Shown: one piece after another, positions 10,703 to 22,100 of the stretch
How the letters are laid out: every line of letters begins with the position of its first letter
Position numbering within the stretch: the stretch's first letter is position 1
DNA from: an uncultured Phycisphaerales bacterium
GTDB taxonomy: Bacteria; Planctomycetota; Phycisphaerae; Tepidisphaerales; Tepidisphaeraceae
DNA: 64,000 nt
Assembly (NCBI GenBank): GCA_963758525.1
Contig: CAVWVQ010000003.1
Coordinates: 1,024,001-1,088,000, forward strand
Direction of reading: 5' to 3'
The notes under the pieces: model-generated
What the model saw: the letters and a program-made list of their open reading frames with translations, nothing else
Told to the model about the DNA's origin: nothing
The model's database searches: none
Program-made: the position numbers and the translations under genes

Positions 10703-12515
10703 TTAGAATGGCGAATGCATGTTATCGGGCGATCCGGGGCGCGGCGGGGGAATCCGGAAGCCTCCTTGCAAGTTAGGCGGCTTGCGCAGCCTCACGCCCG
10801 GATTTAGATACGGCGCATTGGGCAATGGCGCGTCCCAGACCTGATTCGATCCCTTCGGCGCAATATAGAGCACCACCCCACCGAAAATGATCTCCTGACG
10901 AAGATTAGGCTGCACTGGTCCGGTGTGAAAGCCGCCGTTGGAATCAGGCGACACCCAGCAGATTTCGCAGACCTCCTCAAGCGATGTGACGGGCCAGCTC
11001 TGATGTATCACCGGCCCTAATGCGATCGCACCTGACAATAAGACCGGGATGAGGCGGCGCCACGCCCGACCATCCGGACGCAGCACCGTACTGGCAAACA
11101 GCGACGCACCTGCCGCGAACCAGATAAAGAACAGATGTGAGGCGTATCGCGGGTCAGGGGCTGTCTTGAACCAGGTAACGATTCCGATCCCCGCCGACAG
11201 CATCACCCAATGCAGCGGCCCCCATTCAGCTTCCGATCGTACGCCCCACCGCTGCCAGAGGAGCGTCGCGACGAGCAGCACTGTCCCCAGGGAGAATGGA
11301 ATCAGGCCCTTCCAGACATTCCAGGAATGCAGAACCCGAATATCAATCCACCGGCGCACCCATGAATAGTCCTTCGTCGTGTCGGCCAATGTTCCCGCCC
11401 GGCAATAGTTCACAAACGCATGTTCAACCTTCACAACGTCCCGTTTATTCACCCGCCAGTCGACGCTCGTGGCTAGCATGGGGCTGGGATAGAGAGGATA
11501 GCCGGTGAGGATAATTTGGCTGACGATCCAGCCGATCGCGATGAATACCGAAAGCGCGATCGCCACCGCGCCGCGGAGGAGGCGCGTTGTCGCAGGCTGT
11601 CTGCTGATGACGATGGGAAACAGAGCGGCCACCGCCAGTGGCGTGGCAAAGGAAACTGAGCTGATCTTGGCTGAAATCGCCGCGCCGCAGAGGGTGCAAC
11701 AGGCGAGTACTTGAAATAGCTGTCGGGACGGATCCTCGCCCGGCGTACGGGATTGCAAAAACGCCGCCGCGCTGACCACCGCCAACGCCATGGATGCGAT
11801 GTCCGCGGAATAGCTGCTCGCCTGCAGGTCCATCGCCCATTCGACCACTGCCAGGGCCGCGAAAGCCATCAGCCAGTGGTCGGGGCGATGCCGCGCCCCA
11901 CCTCTGACCACGCCAAAGGCCCCGCGCAATACCATCGCCGCCAGGCTGACCAGGAAAAAACCGTTGAGTAAATGGTTGCCATCCCCCGCCCACACACCCT
12001 GATTCATCATCGCCGCAAGCAGATGCACTGAGCTGGTGAACCCGAGCCGCATGCTCAGGTTGGCCAACCCCGGAACGATCGCGTATTGGCTGGCCCACTT
12101 CATCGCGGCAAGGTGATACAGCCCCGCGTCGTAGAACGCATCAGGCCCGGCGGCGCGGTCGGCTATCCATATCGCGCACAGCAACAGCAAAAGCAGATAT
12201 GCTCGAAACTCCCAGATCGGAAGGCGGGTGATGCACGCAAAGAGCGGCGGCAGCGCGCAAGCAAAGCGCTAAGCCGACCAGCAGAACCGCCGACAGCGCG
12301 TACCCATCGATCGGCCATCGCAGATGCCAGACCTGGAGCAAACCAAGAATGGTCCCCAATCCAATCCAGAACGACCAGACGAAGTCAGAAGGACGTGTCT
12401 CGTGCACCCGGCAGATTCGAGCCCAGATCCATCCGTACCCCAGGCACGCCAGACCATAGATCGCCCACGTGACAAGCGTGCCGCCCAGCAAGGCACAAAA
12501 ATGCGCAGTCATCAT
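10703..12515 (-). CDS. Multi-pass membrane protein (LIC_10190-like, possible GT-C fold); one apparent frameshift
   Basis: The hydrophobic N-terminus MMTAHFCALLGG... (ORF 12141..12605) joins DAGLYHLAAMKW...PGLANLSMRLGF and APDPRY (ORF 10703..12190) near 12200-12250. Confidence 0.65.
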
Positions 12516-12605
12516 CTCAACGCGGGTATAACGATAACCTGATGACGCATCAAGCGCCCCAGAAAACGATGCGGCAGCGGGTGCGCCGCTGCGACAAAAC
12601 AACAA

Positions 12606-13628
12606 TCATCGCTTTTTCCACACGAAGATCCCATGGTTGTATGGCCCATTCCCCTGCATGCAAAGCTCGTCAACCCACGCGCAATACGGACGCAGGTGCT
12701 TGTTAAACAAGCCCATGAACAAATCGTCACAGCGCATGCAGTAGCTCAAATATCGTTCCATAAAAGCGGAGAAGAGCTCGTTTTTGGGATTGGCGCGAGC
12801 CTTGTCGGTCCAATCGTAGAAGGTCTGGTTGGCGGCGAATCGCACGGAAAAGCCGGCGGCATCGCCCAGCGCTTGCAATTCGTCGACGCGGAAAATGTGC
12901 TTGTCTTCGCCGAGTGATTTATCGATGTCACGCCGGCAGTAAAACTTCATGGTGTCGAGAAACAACTGCAACTGCCGTTGCAATTCGGCGGTCCAGCTTT
13001 CACCGGCGGCAGCGACAATTGTCGGCAGGGACTGCGCCATGCAGGCCATCAGCACTGCTCCCTCCTGGCAGGGTTCTTCCATGACCATCAATCCGCCGGG
13101 CTTGAGCACGCGCGCCGCTTCCCTGACGAAGGCCGGGATGTCGACGACGTGATGCAGCACCGACCGGAGGATGATGAGCGAAAACGTCCTGCTCGGAAGG
13201 CGGTTGAGGTCTTCCGCCATCAGAACGCCGAAGCCGACCTGCTCGGAAACCGCCTCGGATTGGGCGAGCTTTCGGTGCGCGATGTTGAGAAATGCCGGCG
13301 ACGGGTCGGTGAGCAGAACGTAGGGATAGACCTTCTCCATGGCCAGGCCGAGCGAGGCCAATCCCGTGCCGCACCCGATCTCGATGGCGGGAGCCGTCAG
13401 ATCTCCCTCATGGGCTCGGCAGATGTTGACCACGCCCTGCCCCACCGCGCGATTGGTCGGCTCATTGTGATACTGGGTGTCGTAGTCGCTTTCGTCGTGC
13501 GCGAAACGCCGCGGGGTGGAGATCAGATAAAGATGGTCGCTTCGGGAAAGCCCGCGCAGCCAGTTGCGAAAGCTGGGGGACACTACATCGGTCGCCGACG
13601 GCGCTGAATTGGCTTGTGCAGTGGTCAT
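12606..13628 (-). CDS. Class I SAM-dependent methyltransferase
   Basis: IEIGCGTG, LTDPS and RSVLHH...AARVLKPGG motifs. The likely start is MTTAQ at 13628. Confidence 0.85.
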   Translation of the reverse strand: MTTAQANSAPSATDVVSPSFRNWLRGLSRSDHLYLISTPRRFAHDESDYDTQYHNEPTNRAVGQGVVNICRAHEGDLTAPAIEIGCGTGLASLGLAMEKVYPYVLLTDPSPAFLNIAHRKLAQSEAVSEQVGFGVLMAEDLNRLPSRTFSLIILRSVLHHVVDIPAFVREAARVLKPGGLMVMEEPCQEGAVLMACMAQSLPTIVAAAGESWTAELQRQLQLFLDTMKFYCRRDIDKSLGEDKHIFRVDELQALGDAAGFSVRFAANQTFYDWTDKARANPKNELFSAFMERYLSYCMRCDDLFMGLFNKHLRPYCAWVDELCMQGNGPYNHGIFVWKKR

Positions 13629-13708
13629 ATTGTAAAGGCGAAGTTTCCGCGAAAAGGGAGAGTGCAGTGTACTGAGTTCAAAGCGAAGCGGAAAGCGAGC
13701 GATACCCG

Positions 13709-15679
13709 TCACCGTCCCGCATCCGCCTGCGGCAGCAAGATATTGAAGAGCGTTCCGCCTCGATACAGGATGTAGCGAGTTCCAGTCGCGCCGTCGACCA
13801 GCGACGTTTGCGTCGGTTCGGCGATGACCAGTTCCGCGCGATGCGGCGCGTACCCGTCGATCTCCACAAACGGGTTCACGAATTCATAATTCGGCGCGTG
13901 ATTGTTGCGGCGATCGATTGTGTACATTGCGGCATATTCGGGGAAATTGTCGTAGGTCGCGAAGCCGACCCATTTCATGTGGCGCTGCCTGATGAGCGTT
14001 GCCAGACCGACAAAATCGCTGTTGTGGCCGATGTACGTGAACCGCCGGGTCAGGTCATCGCGATGGAACAGACTTGCGCTTCCGAAGAGCCGTCGCGGGT
14101 TTTCCCGGATCGTGGGGATCAGGGAGCAGCCGAGCGATAACGCAAGCAGGGGAAGCACCAGGGCGCGCCAGCGTGCGGTGATCGCGACGGCCAGGACGGG
14201 TGCGAAGAGCGCCGTCTGTGGAATGAAATAGCGCACGTGCCATTCCTGCCATTTGCCCAGCCAGTTGAAAATGAGGAACCCCCCGAGCGCGATTCCGCAC
14301 AAAAGCAGCGCCGCAGGGATATCCATGCGCCGGCGTGCCATGACGAGCGCAAAGGGGAGCAGCAGGAGCAGCAGCATCAGGGGCGGGGAGCCGGCGCGGT
14401 CTTCGTCAGCCCCGCGAAAGCGCAGTCCGTTGTAGGCGGAGAACGGCGTCGTGGTGCGCGGGTCGTTGACGCCGATGTGCAGCACGTGGTCATGGAGCCA
14501 GACGACGCCGCGATACATCGCGTCGTTAAACGGCTGATGGGTGATGGCCGCGTGCCAGGCGAACAGCCGCACGACGTTCGAAAGCAGAACCCTGGGGCCG
14601 TGGACTTCGTTGTAGAGCGGATAGCCGCCCTGATCCGGGGCCGGGCCATCAATACGGCCAAAGGCGCGGTAATTGCGGGCGAAGTGCGGCAGATTGATCG
14701 CGAGCGCGACCAGTCCCGTGGCGCAAAGCATTCCGAATTGCCGAGCCGTGAATTGGCGGCAGATCGCAATGCAGAGCACGATGACAACGGGAATCACGAA
14801 CAATGGCCCGGTCCCTTTCGTGTCCCCGGCGCATCCCATTGCGGCGCCAAAGAGCAGGACGTCGAGCCACCGGAGGGGCGCGCCGTCCAGGACCCGGAAA
14901 AGCCAACACGCGCAGATGACGATCCACATCGCGACAACGATGTCGTTTTTTGTGTTGGACGCCTGCATGAAGACCACCGGGCTGGTGAGGAGGATCAGGC
15001 AGGCGAGAAGTTGAACGGCACGGCCGCCGCCGAGACGTTCCGTGAGCAGAGACACGCCGCAGAACGTGACCAGCAGCGCTGCAAATTGAATGAGGTTGGT
15101 CCAGCGGTCGGAATTGGAGAGGGCCATCAGGTGCGCCCCAACGAACTCGCTGAACGGCGGCATCTCCAACTGGCGCAGATTGTTCGCGGGGTAATGCCTA
15201 ACGTTGGCGTGCTGCAGCCACAGGACCTGGCGGGGGAGATGGTAGCTGTAGGAGTCGTAATTGTTGGGAGGATTGAACAGGGCGGACGTCAGGGCAAGCG
15301 AAAGGATGCTCGCCAGCGGAATTGCCGCGACCACCGTCAGAAGTCGCGGACGGGAAAACCGCAGCCTCGCGCGGAACGCCGGGTTGTAGTAATGGCACGC
15401 GCCAGAGATTCCGCCGATGGTGGCGACGAGCCACCAGAGAAGGATCGGGACGAACTTGAGTTGGCTGATGACGCTGAGCGATTCGGTGCCAAGAACAACC
15501 CAGAAGCCCAGCAAAGCGGCCGCTTTGAGGATGGCGTTGCGCAGTGTCGGTTGCCCGTCGACGTCGCGCGGGTCCGACGCCGTGCGCGAATGACAAACCC
15601 CGCGGCAATCGCGCAAATAAAACGCGACGGCCCACGCGAGGAACGCGAGCAGTGGGAGCACGCCCAGCGCAATTCTCAT
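13709..15679 (-). CDS. ArnT/PMT-like (GT-C) membrane glycosyltransferase
   Basis: More than 10 hydrophobic segments, a first-loop motif PPNNYDSYSYHLPR, plus QASNTKND and WHVRY motifs. Confidence 0.7.
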   Translation of the reverse strand: MRIALGVLPLLAFLAWAVAFYLRDCRGVCHSRTASDPRDVDGQPTLRNAILKAAALLGFWVVLGTESLSVISQLKFVPILLWWLVATIGGISGACHYYNPAFRARLRFSRPRLLTVVAAIPLASILSLALTSALFNPPNNYDSYSYHLPRQVLWLQHANVRHYPANNLRQLEMPPFSEFVGAHLMALSNSDRWTNLIQFAALLVTFCGVSLLTERLGGGRAVQLLACLILLTSPVVFMQASNTKNDIVVAMWIVICACWLFRVLDGAPLRWLDVLLFGAAMGCAGDTKGTGPLFVIPVVIVLCIAICRQFTARQFGMLCATGLVALAINLPHFARNYRAFGRIDGPAPDQGGYPLYNEVHGPRVLLSNVVRLFAWHAAITHQPFNDAMYRGVVWLHDHVLHIGVNDPRTTTPFSAYNGLRFRGADEDRAGSPPLMLLLLLLPFALVMARRRMDIPAALLLCGIALGGFLIFNWLGKWQEWHVRYFIPQTALFAPVLAVAITARWRALVLPLLALSLGCSLIPTIRENPRRLFGSASLFHRDDLTRRFTYIGHNSDFVGLATLIRQRHMKWVGFATYDNFPEYAAMYTIDRRNNHAPNYEFVNPFVEIDGYAPHRAELVIAEPTQTSLVDGATGTRYILYRGGTLFNILLPQADAGR

Positions 15680-15821
15680 GTCTCGTTTCCGGTCCTGAAT
15701 CAATCAAGCGATTGTCGGGTCCCCAATAGCAATCTGTATAATTCACCGCCCGAGCATGCACAAGCGATGGCCGCGGCGACCATTGGCGGGTGTGGCGCTC
15801 GAAAGTGGCGATCGGCTCCGA

Positions 15822-15889
15822 GTAGGGCGGGATTCATCCCGCCGATTTGTTGGCCGGCTGAGAAAACGGCGGGATGAATCCCGCCCTAC
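15822..15889. repeat. GTAG-type REP doublet (REPIN)
   Basis: GTAGGGCGGGATTCATCCCGCCG (15822-15844) and its exact reverse complement (15867-15889). Each has a GTAG tetranucleotide and an internal palindrome. Confidence 0.9.
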
Positions 15890-16036
15890 GATCGCAAAAT
15901 CTGCAATCGCCACAAATAAAAGTTACACCCCCATTGGCTCGAAATGTTTTGAACGCCGGTTTGAAAGTTGCGGAGATTGGTATCCAGCGATACGTTGCTT
16001 GCGGGGTAACTTGATCATCGAATATGGAGGCAGATC

Positions 16037-16498
16037 ATGAGAGCGTTGAAACGGTCTTTATTGGCGATTGCGGTAACGGGCGGACTTTACACTGGAGTTG
16101 GCTCGGCTCGCGCGGCGGACACCGAAAAGTTTCCGCACATGCACCACGCCCTGGCGCATCTGCGTTATGCCAAAGATGAGTTGACTGCGGCCGGAGGCGC
16201 CTTCAAAGCACGTAGTGCGGAGACCATCGCGTCCATTGATTTCGCCATCAAAGAGATTGACGACGGACTGAAAGGGGAAGGCGATTCATCCGACACACCG
16301 GCTGATTCAGCCTTGACCGACAGAGACAGCGAAGCCAACTTTGCGCATCTGCATCATGGCCTGGATCGGCTGACGGAGGCTCGCGTTGAGTTGGAGAACG
16401 CGGAAACCGTTTTTGCCGGACACCGCGGCAAGGCGATCAACTCCGTTGATAACGCGATTCGCATCGTGGAGGACAGTCTTCACGACGTCCAGAAATAA
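16037..16498 (+). CDS. Secreted His-rich helical-repeat protein (SmbP-like, function uncertain)
   Basis: GGAGG RBS, signal peptide ending SARA-AD, and two internal repeats (FPHMHHALAHL / FAHLHHGLDRL...GHRGKAI). Confidence 0.75.
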   Translation: MRALKRSLLAIAVTGGLYTGVGSARAADTEKFPHMHHALAHLRYAKDELTAAGGAFKARSAETIASIDFAIKEIDDGLKGEGDSSDTPADSALTDRDSEANFAHLHHGLDRLTEARVELENAETVFAGHRGKAINSVDNAIRIVEDSLHDVQK

Positions 16499-16576
16499 GG
16501 CGGCTAGGGAAAACTGAGCCACGGCCAGCGCTGATGGCCCAGCGCTGCCTCGCTTCGCTCGGCCGCAACCAAAACG

Positions 16577-16734
16577 AAGAGCCGCGAAGACGCGAAGACG
16601 CGAAGACGCGAAGACAGACGCGAAGGTAAGAAAATCAAAAATGGGAGATCGAAGCCCAAGGAATTGTGCCTTGGGGTTTCAGGTGCAATTGAATTGTCTT
16701 CCTTCGCGTTTGACTTCGCGGCTTCGCGGCTCTT
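16577..16734. repeat. Intergenic inverted repeat built from CGCGAAGA octamers
   Basis: AAGAGC(CGCGAAGA)4... faces ...CTTCGCGGCTTCGCGGCTCTT. A solo right arm occurs at 46805-46848. Confidence 0.8.
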
Positions 16735-16890
16735 GATCGTTTGGCTGATCGCCTGCCCGGGAAAATTTGCGCAGCGCGCGACGATCTAATGGGTTGTGGC
16801 ACGGATGAGAAAGATCTCTTGTCCGTGCCATTTGTGCGCGCTGGATGCGTGCGCTGCTGGACCGTATCATCCCGACTTCGCCAAAACCCA

Positions 16891-17679
16891 ATGACCACCA
16901 GTCTCTACCGCTATCGAGGATTCATCTGGCATCGCGCGATCACCGATATCCGCAATCGCTACGCGGGAACGGGAATCGGCATGTTCTGGAATCTCATCCA
17001 TCCGCTGGCGCTGATTGTGACGTATTCCCTTGTTTTCTCTACAATTATGGCGGCGCGCATCGACCACATGGAGGGCAAAAAGTTGCCTTACGTGGTGTAC
17101 CTGTGCTCGGGGCTGTTTCCGTGGCTGGCGCTGAATGAATCGATCATTGCGGGGTGCAATGCGTTTGTGGCCAATGCCAACTACCTGCGCAAGCTGCCGG
17201 TGCCGGAGCAGGTGTTTGTTGCGTCGGCGGCAATGTCTTCCACGCTGACGCTGTTGATGAATTTCGCGCTGCTGCTGCTGATCGCGGTGCCGCTGAACTT
17301 CATGCCGACATGGTATTGGCTGCTGCTTCCGCTGCCGTTGATCGCGTTGCAGGCATTGGGCTTCGGCATCGGTTTGTTGCTTGGAACGCTGAATGTTTTC
17401 TTCCGCGATATCGCGCAGTGGACGACGGTCACGCTGCAAATTGCGATGTGGACGGTGCCGATCGTGTACGCGGCGAAGATACTTCCGCCGTGGGTGCTGA
17501 GGGGTTTGGCGTGGCATCCGGTCATGCCGGCCATCGAAACTGTCCGGCATCTGCTGATGGATTCGACTTTGCCCCCTGCTCACGATTGGATCGGGATGTT
17601 TGCGTGGCCGGTGGCGATCGGGATCATCGCCGATCTGGTTCTGCGCAAGCTGCGGGCGGAAATCCGGGACTTGGTATGA
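16891..17679 (+). CDS. wzm: ABC-2 polysaccharide export permease
   Basis: DIRNRYAGTGIGMFWNLIHPL, NANYLRKLPVP and LNVFFRDI motifs. ATG at 16891; its stop overlaps the wzt start (ATGA). Confidence 0.92.
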   Translation: MTTSLYRYRGFIWHRAITDIRNRYAGTGIGMFWNLIHPLALIVTYSLVFSTIMAARIDHMEGKKLPYVVYLCSGLFPWLALNESIIAGCNAFVANANYLRKLPVPEQVFVASAAMSSTLTLLMNFALLLLIAVPLNFMPTWYWLLLPLPLIALQALGFGIGLLLGTLNVFFRDIAQWTTVTLQIAMWTVPIVYAAKILPPWVLRGLAWHPVMPAIETVRHLLMDSTLPPAHDWIGMFAWPVAIGIIADLVLRKLRAEIRDLV

Positions 17680-19132
17680 GCGAGCCGGCGGCGTCGCGAG
17701 AATCTGTGGGCTCTGCTTCCTCCTCCGCTGGTAGTCCGGGGAAGGATCGAGGTGGCGGCCAGACTTGGGCGGCGCCGAGGACAAACTCGGCCCCCACCCC
17801 AGCCCTGCCCCGGAGTATCAGGGGAGGGAGCAAAGACGGCGAGCCACTGGTTCGGGCCTGGAGTCTGGGGAAGCGATACAAGCTGTACGATAATCCGTAC
17901 GCACGATTGGTCGAATGGGCCTCCTTCGGCTCGGCGGTGCGCCATCGCGATTTCTGGGCGCTGCGTGATGTCGCCCTGGAATTGGACCGCGGCGAATGCC
18001 TGGGGATCGTGGGGCGAAATGGGGCCGGCAAGAGCACGCTGCTGCGCCTGCTCAGCGGAACGCTGCGGCCAACCACCGGCGACTTTGACATCACCGGACA
18101 GGTCTTCTCCCTGCTGGAGCTCGGCACGGGGTTCAACGCGGAATTGACCGGCCGCGCAAACGTTCAGCAGACCGCGCAGCTCCTGGGACTTCCGCCGGAT
18201 TACGCAACGGAGCACATGCACACCATTGAAGAATTCGCCGACCTGGGCGATTTCTTCGATCGCCCGGTGCGCATCTATTCATCGGGCATGTCGGTGCGGC
18301 TCGCGTTCTCGATGTTCGCGGCTTTCGAGCCCGAAGTGCTGATCGTCGATGAGGCGCTGGCGGTGGGCGATGCGTCGTTTCAACGGAAATGCTATCGGCG
18401 CATGGAAGAGATGATCGGCAGCGGCCGGCACGGTGTCATCCTTGCCGCGCACGATACCGGCGCCATCACCAAGTTCTGCACCAAGGCGATCTGGCTCGAT
18501 GGCGGACACATGCGCATGAGCGGCAAGCCGCAGGAAGTGGTGCAGGCGTATCTCAGGGAATTGCTTCTCAGCGGCGCACAGATCGCCCCGGCCCCGGCAA
18601 AGCCGATCGCAGCAGCGAGCGGCGCGTCGCAGCCGCTGCGGGCTCCCGCGAAGGTGCCGGGCGAGGGATTGCTGTCGCGCAGCCGCGCGGCGGTGCTCTA
18701 TCCCTCGAGCGGCGCCGAGCTGCTTGGCGTCTGGGTGGAGGACAGCGCCGGGCATGTTGTGCAGACGCTGCAGATCGACGAGTCTGCGAGCATTTGCTAT
18801 GCTCTTCGATTCACGAGCCCGCAGGAAAATCCCGTCTTCGGGACCCGGGTGACGAACATCCGCGGAGATCCGTTGGTGGTCACGAATACGCAGGTGCAAG
18901 GCGTGTCGGTCGGCCGTTACAACGCGGGGGACAGCGAAGTGGTGCGCTGGCCTTGCGCCCGGGGCTGGGCGTTGGAGACTACTTCATTTCCTGCGGTTGC
19001 TCGCTGCATGACGATCCGCAACAGTTTCTGCTGCGCGAAGTGGATGCGTATCAGTTCACGGTGACGGGAACGCCCCGATGTTGGGGCGTTTGCAACCTCC
19101 TGGATGCCCCTCAGTTGAGCAGCCAAGCATGA
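17676..19132 (+). CDS. wzt: ABC polysaccharide export ATPase with Wzt C-terminal carbohydrate-binding domain; one apparent frameshift
   Basis: GRNGAGKST Walker A, YSSGMSVRLAF signature and IVDEALAVGD Walker B. The C-terminal domain continues as LRPGLGVGDYFISCG... after a shift at ~18950. Confidence 0.88.
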
Positions 19133-22100
19133 TTTCAGAACAGGGTGACGGTCTGGTTTTTCTGTTGGGCGTGCCGCGCTCCGGCACCACGCTGCTGGCG
19201 ACGATGCTCGCGCAGCACCCGCAAATTGTCAGTCCCCCCGAGCCCTGGCTGATGCTGGCGCTGGAGGCGATGGGGCAAACCCCGTTCGATCACCCTGCCG
19301 ACCCGCAACTGGTCGGCGAGGCGATGCTGAAGTTCGCCAACGACGACGCGAAAGTCGTTGCGTCCCGCGCCTATGCGCTGAGCGTCTACAACCGCATTCT
19401 CGCCGACGCCGGCCGCAGCGTGCTGGTCGACAAAACACCGCGCTACTATCTGATTCTTCCGTTCCTCAAGCAACTGTTTCCCAACGCGAAATATCTCTGG
19501 CTGCATCGCAATCCTCTGGACGTCGCTGCCTCGTTCAAGACGACCTGGAACGTCGACCTGGCGGCGGACATGCGAGCGTCGGGCGCAAACCGCGGTTGCA
19601 TGGACCTGGTGCTGGGAACGCGGACACTGGCGGATTTTGCCGACGCGGCTGCGCCTCCGGTGCATCGCATTGCCTATGAGCATCTCGTCGCGGAACCGCA
19701 GCGCCTCGCTGCCGAGGCGATTGCATTTCTGGGGCTGGAGCCGGCGGAAAATCTCGGCCATTTTGAGTTGCGCGAGAGCGAGCTGGCAAAATCCGATTTC
19801 GGTGATCGAAAGATCATCCAGACGCACGAACCTCACGCGCAATCCGTCGGGAAATGGGAGAAGGATCTGCCGCGCGAGGATCTGCAGACGCTCGTGGACG
19901 CGGTCGGCGCCGAGTTGTTCCGCCGCCTCGGATATCAGGGCGTGCTGTCCCGTTTGGCTGAGCTTGGGGTTGCAGAGCCGTCGGCTGAAGCCACGGCGCT
20001 GGCGCAGCAGCCGATTCAAGCGCGTTACGCCGAGCGGCTCGCGTCGGTCCAGGCGGTCTGCACCCTTCGCGGCGCGGGCTTCGCCGGTCCGGCGCCGCGG
20101 GACATCGCTTCACTTTTTTCCAATCCATTTGTTTCCCTGCTGCTGGAGATGAATGGCTGGCGGCAGAAGATCGTCGATCTGCATCGCGAGATTGCCGCGC
20201 AGACCCAAAGGGCCGCTGCCGCCGAATCGCTCGCACAGGAAAAATCCGCCGAGATGGCGGCGACCGCGTCGCGCATGCACGGACTGGAGACGGGCCTCGC
20301 CGAGGCATACGAGACGGCCCGGAAACTGCGCGATGAACTGGATCACAGTACCAGCGCCGCGAAGAACGGGAGTCCTGGCGGCTTGCAAAGTTCCCCGCAG
20401 GCGTTCGCGCATGTCAACGCCCCGGATGTCGTGCGCGACGCGGGCGAAGATCGCGCCTACCGCCCGAGTTGGTCGGGAGCGAGTGGAATGCTCAACGACG
20501 AACACGCCGGCATTTATGATGCCACCAAGGACCTCCCCGGCTGGCAGGATCCTGCCGACAGCCAGAAGCTCTATGAGATGGCTTATCACAGCGGGGCCAT
20601 CATCCTGGAAATCGGTGTCTATGGCGGACGCAGCGCCGTTGTCGAGTTGCGCGCCGCCCTTGCCGCGCTGGAAAAAAAAGAGGGAAGCAAGCCGCAGTTT
20701 TATGGCGTCGATCTGGATCCGATGGCTATTCCGCGCAGCCTCAAATCGCTGAAAGACGCGGGCATCGATCAATATTGCCTGCTGTTTCACGGCACGCTGA
20801 AGGATTTTCACCGCGATGTTCCCATCACCCCCACGATGGTCTTCGTCGACGGAGATCACAGCTACGAAGGGGTGCTGGCCGATCTGGCGCTCCTGGCGAC
20901 ATTCGTCGCGCCGGGAACGCCGATCATGTGTCACGACTACTCCGGCATCCCCGGCGTCAAGCGCGGAGTCGACGAGGCAATCGCCACCGGCCGCTTTGAG
21001 GTGATGGGTCTGTTTGCCGGCTCGATTTTGCTGCGCGCATCGTCGCTGTGCGCCGGAATTCCGCGCGGACTGGGGCAGCGGACCTTCGAGCAGATTCGCG
21101 ACGCGCTCCTGGAGGTCTACCTATCGCCCGAGGTGAAGCCGGAATCCCCCGTCAACCATGCCGCCAACCGGCAGATCACTCTGGCGGCACGTCAGGAACT
21201 GCGGATCGGAACCGACGTCGCCGGCAGCAGCGGGCGCGGGCAGTGGCCCTACGTTCGCCCGCACGCGGACCCGTTGCCGGCAACGCTTCCCGACGGCCGC
21301 CCCTGGCCGAAGATTTCGATCGTTACGCCGACGCTCAATCAGGGGAAGTTTATCGAGCGGACGATCCTCTCGGTGCTGCACCAGAACTATCCGAACGTCG
21401 AATACATCATCATGGACGGCGGCTCAGTCGACCAAACGCTGAGCATCCTCGCGCGCTACGCGCAGCGGGTCCGCATCATCAGCGAAAAGGACACCGGGCA
21501 GAGCAACGCCATCAATAAGGGCCTGCGGCTCTGCACCGGCGATCTGTTCACCTGGCTCAACAGCGACGACATGCTCGCGCCCGAGGCGCTGTCCAGCCTG
21601 GCGATGGGTTTCTACGCGTCCGGCGCGGATATCGTCGCCGGCGTCTGCCAGGTTCAGAAAGATGGAAGCGTGGTCAATCGTCACATGACCACCTGCGGCG
21701 ATGGCCCCCTCTTGCTGGACGATCTGCTCGATCTCGACGGCACCTGGATGCAGGGCCAATTCTTCTATCAGCCGGAAGTGATGTTCACGCGGGCGATCTG
21801 GGAACGCGCCGGCGCCCACGTCGAGGAATCGCTGCATTACTCAATGGACTATGAGCTGTGGCTCAGATTCGCGGAGCAGGGCGCAAAAGTGCATCCGATC
21901 GGGCGGACGATTGCGCTGTTTGGAGTACACGCCGAACAGAAGACGTTTCGCGTGGAGGATTTTCTTCCCGAGCTGCGAAAGGTGCGCGACGCGTTCATCG
22001 CCCGCACGAGCCGCCGCGCACCGTCCGCGCGTCCCGCGCCCGCGAAAAAGCAACTGCGCATCGTCTTCTTCAATGACTTGGGCTGGGTTGTTGGCGCGGG

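Noticed and set aside
17154..17675. Track start of wzt at 17154
   Set aside because: It overlaps wzm out of frame. The ATGA overlap at 17676 is the plausible start.
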